Source of the DNA: Curvularia clavata
Taxonomy: Eukaryota
Direction of reading: 5' to 3'
NCBI GenBank assembly: GCA_023920165.1
Contig: CP089276.1
Location: 1,922,001 to 1,986,000 of the forward strand
Length of the DNA stretch: 64,000 nucleotides
The translations under genes were made by a program, and so were the position numbers. Below, one piece after another: positions 62,327 through 64,000 of the stretch. The notes beneath the pieces are model-generated. The model was not told where the DNA came from, did no database searches, and worked only from the letters and a program-made list of their open reading frames with translations. Numbering within the stretch: position 1 is the first letter of the stretch; every line of letters begins with the position of its first letter.

Positions 62327-63433
62327 TTATCTCCTCCCGAACACAGCCCCGTGAACTCCACCGTTGATGACTCCAGCTTGTTGGCCCGAGTTCTGACTAC
62401 CAAATGTAACGTTCATTGCATGCGTTGCAGGTTGATGCGAAGACACATTCGCACTTTTCTCCCGGTCTTCCACTTGTACAGCAGGAATTGTTGACAACAG
62501 CCCCTTCGCATACGCAGCGGCAGTTGCCGCCGCATAGTTCTGCCAACCCTTGTTCTTGTGAGAGTCTGCATAGTCACAGATGCCTCGGATGACCACACAC
62601 GGGTGTTCTTCCATAACACCGGCAGCTTCCATCTCAAAGCAGATTGCTTCATGCTCGAGATGGACCCTGTTGCGTTCCACGGCAGATATCTGTAGCTGAT
62701 TGCTCGAGGCGATATTGCCAAAATGGACAGACGGCTCATCAGTCGGTCGTGTGGCAGACTCCCCGCGTTCAAAACGCGAAATAGTGTAGTCTGCGTCGCA
62801 GCAATCTTTGCAATCGTCAAGCTCAGTGCCTTGGTGCTGGTAGCCGTCCTCGAAGAGCCTGTCGCGAATGGGGCCTGGGTCATCGTACTGGCCTTGTCGC
62901 TTCTCGTCGAGCTTAAGACGCATCTGCTTCAACGTATCGCAGATATTAATCTTAGACCACCCTTCCGATCGAAAATTGTTAACAGCGACCAGAAGATCAC
63001 CAGGAACGCCGTTAGTGTGTCCACGAAACTTGAGGCATCCTTGACCCTGCCAAGCGCCCTTGTCGTATTGCAACACCCCACCGTGGTTACCCCGCGGATA
63101 ACTGACGACTACGTCTCCTAGCACAATCTCCGAGGCAGCCCCAGCTGGTCCATAGCGAGGCACGCCGCCAGCGATACCGACGAGGAAGAAGTACTTAATA
63201 TTTGGAAATCCATCGCGCATTTTCTCAGCAAGAATTGCGGCTTGGCTGAGCCCGATTCGCCGCTGCACCCCCATGACGACCTTGTGCACTCCGATTCGGC
63301 CGCCTAAATAGAAAACGCCCTTGTGTTGGACCTCGTCCTGGGGATACTCCTCATCAAACACAAGTCGTGCAGCTTCCTTTTCTAAAGGCAAGGGGGAGAT
63401 CCACCCGATGGTGAAGTGATGATTCGAGGCCAT
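62327..63433 (-). CDS. PNP_UDP_1 (purine/uridine phosphorylase, Pfs-like) domain protein with C-terminal putative amyloid signalling motif
   Basis: FTIGWISPLPLE, LVGIAGGVP, IVLGDVVVS, VHFGNIAS.N, CFEMEAAG and IRGICDYADSHKNKGWQNYAAATAAAYAK; tail NVTFGSQNSGQQAGVINGGVHGAVFGRR*. Confidence 0.92.
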   Translation of the reverse strand: MASNHHFTIGWISPLPLEKEAARLVFDEEYPQDEVQHKGVFYLGGRIGVHKVVMGVQRRIGLSQAAILAEKMRDGFPNIKYFFLVGIAGGVPRYGPAGAASEIVLGDVVVSYPRGNHGGVLQYDKGAWQGQGCLKFRGHTNGVPGDLLVAVNNFRSEGWSKINICDTLKQMRLKLDEKRQGQYDDPGPIRDRLFEDGYQHQGTELDDCKDCCDADYTISRFERGESATRPTDEPSVHFGNIASSNQLQISAVERNRVHLEHEAICFEMEAAGVMEEHPCVVIRGICDYADSHKNKGWQNYAAATAAAYAKGLLSTIPAVQVEDREKSANVSSHQPATHAMNVTFGSQNSGQQAGVINGGVHGAVFGRR

Positions 63434-63753
63434 GCTGCAAAAAGAAAAATCTCAATGATGGCTCCAAAGACGGTTGCAAAACTTGGGTGTTTGTGGTAGG
63501 TAGGAGATGTAAGAAAGTTATAGGCAGCAGTGCAGATAAAGAGCAGCGCTCAGCCTTGTCACTCAGCCTCGTCGCAGCCATCAATCAGGTTTTTCGTGAC
63601 AAGCTTGGCCTTTGATCATGATCAACGATTTGTGGAAATAACGGCATATGCTCATAAACAGCGTTAGGATTAGTGAATCGAGCAAGCTAGATAGCACTGT
63701 ATCTACATTTTCCGCCCACTAATTTACTACTAGACGATATCACGCTTGTTGCA

Positions 63754-63963
63754 CTATCGCACACTAGAGAATACACCAGTTTTCAACTTCGAGAGAGTTA
63801 TACGCCTAGCCCAACGATTCTTCCACAGCCACATAACAACCATCACAACGGCCATAGGGGCTGTGAAGGCCCAGTAAACCCAGAAATGGTGTGACACAGT
63901 AAACGACGAACTTCCTATGTCTCCACTGGGCTCAAAAGAAAAGAAGCTCATCCCAAAAACCGT
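63754..63963 (-). CDS. Last exon of a CorA-like transmembrane-domain protein (gene extends beyond the window)
   Basis: TVFGMSFF..FTVSHHFWVYWAFTAPMAVVMVVMW resembles the GM(N/S)-loop plus final TM helix of fungal CorA-like domains; preceded by a GCTAAT branch site and AAG acceptor. Confidence 0.7.
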   Translation of the reverse strand, partial: TVFGMSFFSFEPSGDIGSSSFTVSHHFWVYWAFTAPMAVVMVVMWLWKNRWARRITLSKLKTGVFSSVR

Positions 63964-64000
63964 CTTCAATCCAGCCATTAGCCAGGTATTGTATCAAATT

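Overview
Eukaryotic DNA from a filamentous ascomycete, probably a Dothideomycete (short GT-AG introns with CTRAC/CTAAC branch sites; RIP-like decay at the right end). About 30 protein-coding genes. The centre (about 6.8-54 kb) is mostly housekeeping genes: RSC4-like, CaM kinase, GH17 glucanase, USB1, PAL1, PPE1, UTP23, DUF726, mL54, PWP1, PRP16, TPA1, dynamitin, ARPC2 and DIP2/UTP12. Both ends look like accessory, possibly immunity-related loci. Left end: a head-to-head pair of related P-loop GTPase/coiled-coil genes sharing an intron position. One ends in two ZZ-type zinc fingers (visible only after splicing) and has a deviant G4 motif; the other has a PPxY motif and a C-terminal CaaX box. 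Right end: an intact PNP_UDP (nucleoside phosphorylase-like) gene ending in a PP/RHIM-like amyloid-signalling motif. About 70 bp after its stop lies a frameshifted, stop-riddled remnant of an NLR TPR C-terminus that the ORF track misses, and upstream is the 3' end of a CorA-like membrane-domain gene. Family assignments come from motif recognition by eye; no database search was run. No tRNA, rRNA, CRISPR array or intact transposon was recognised.
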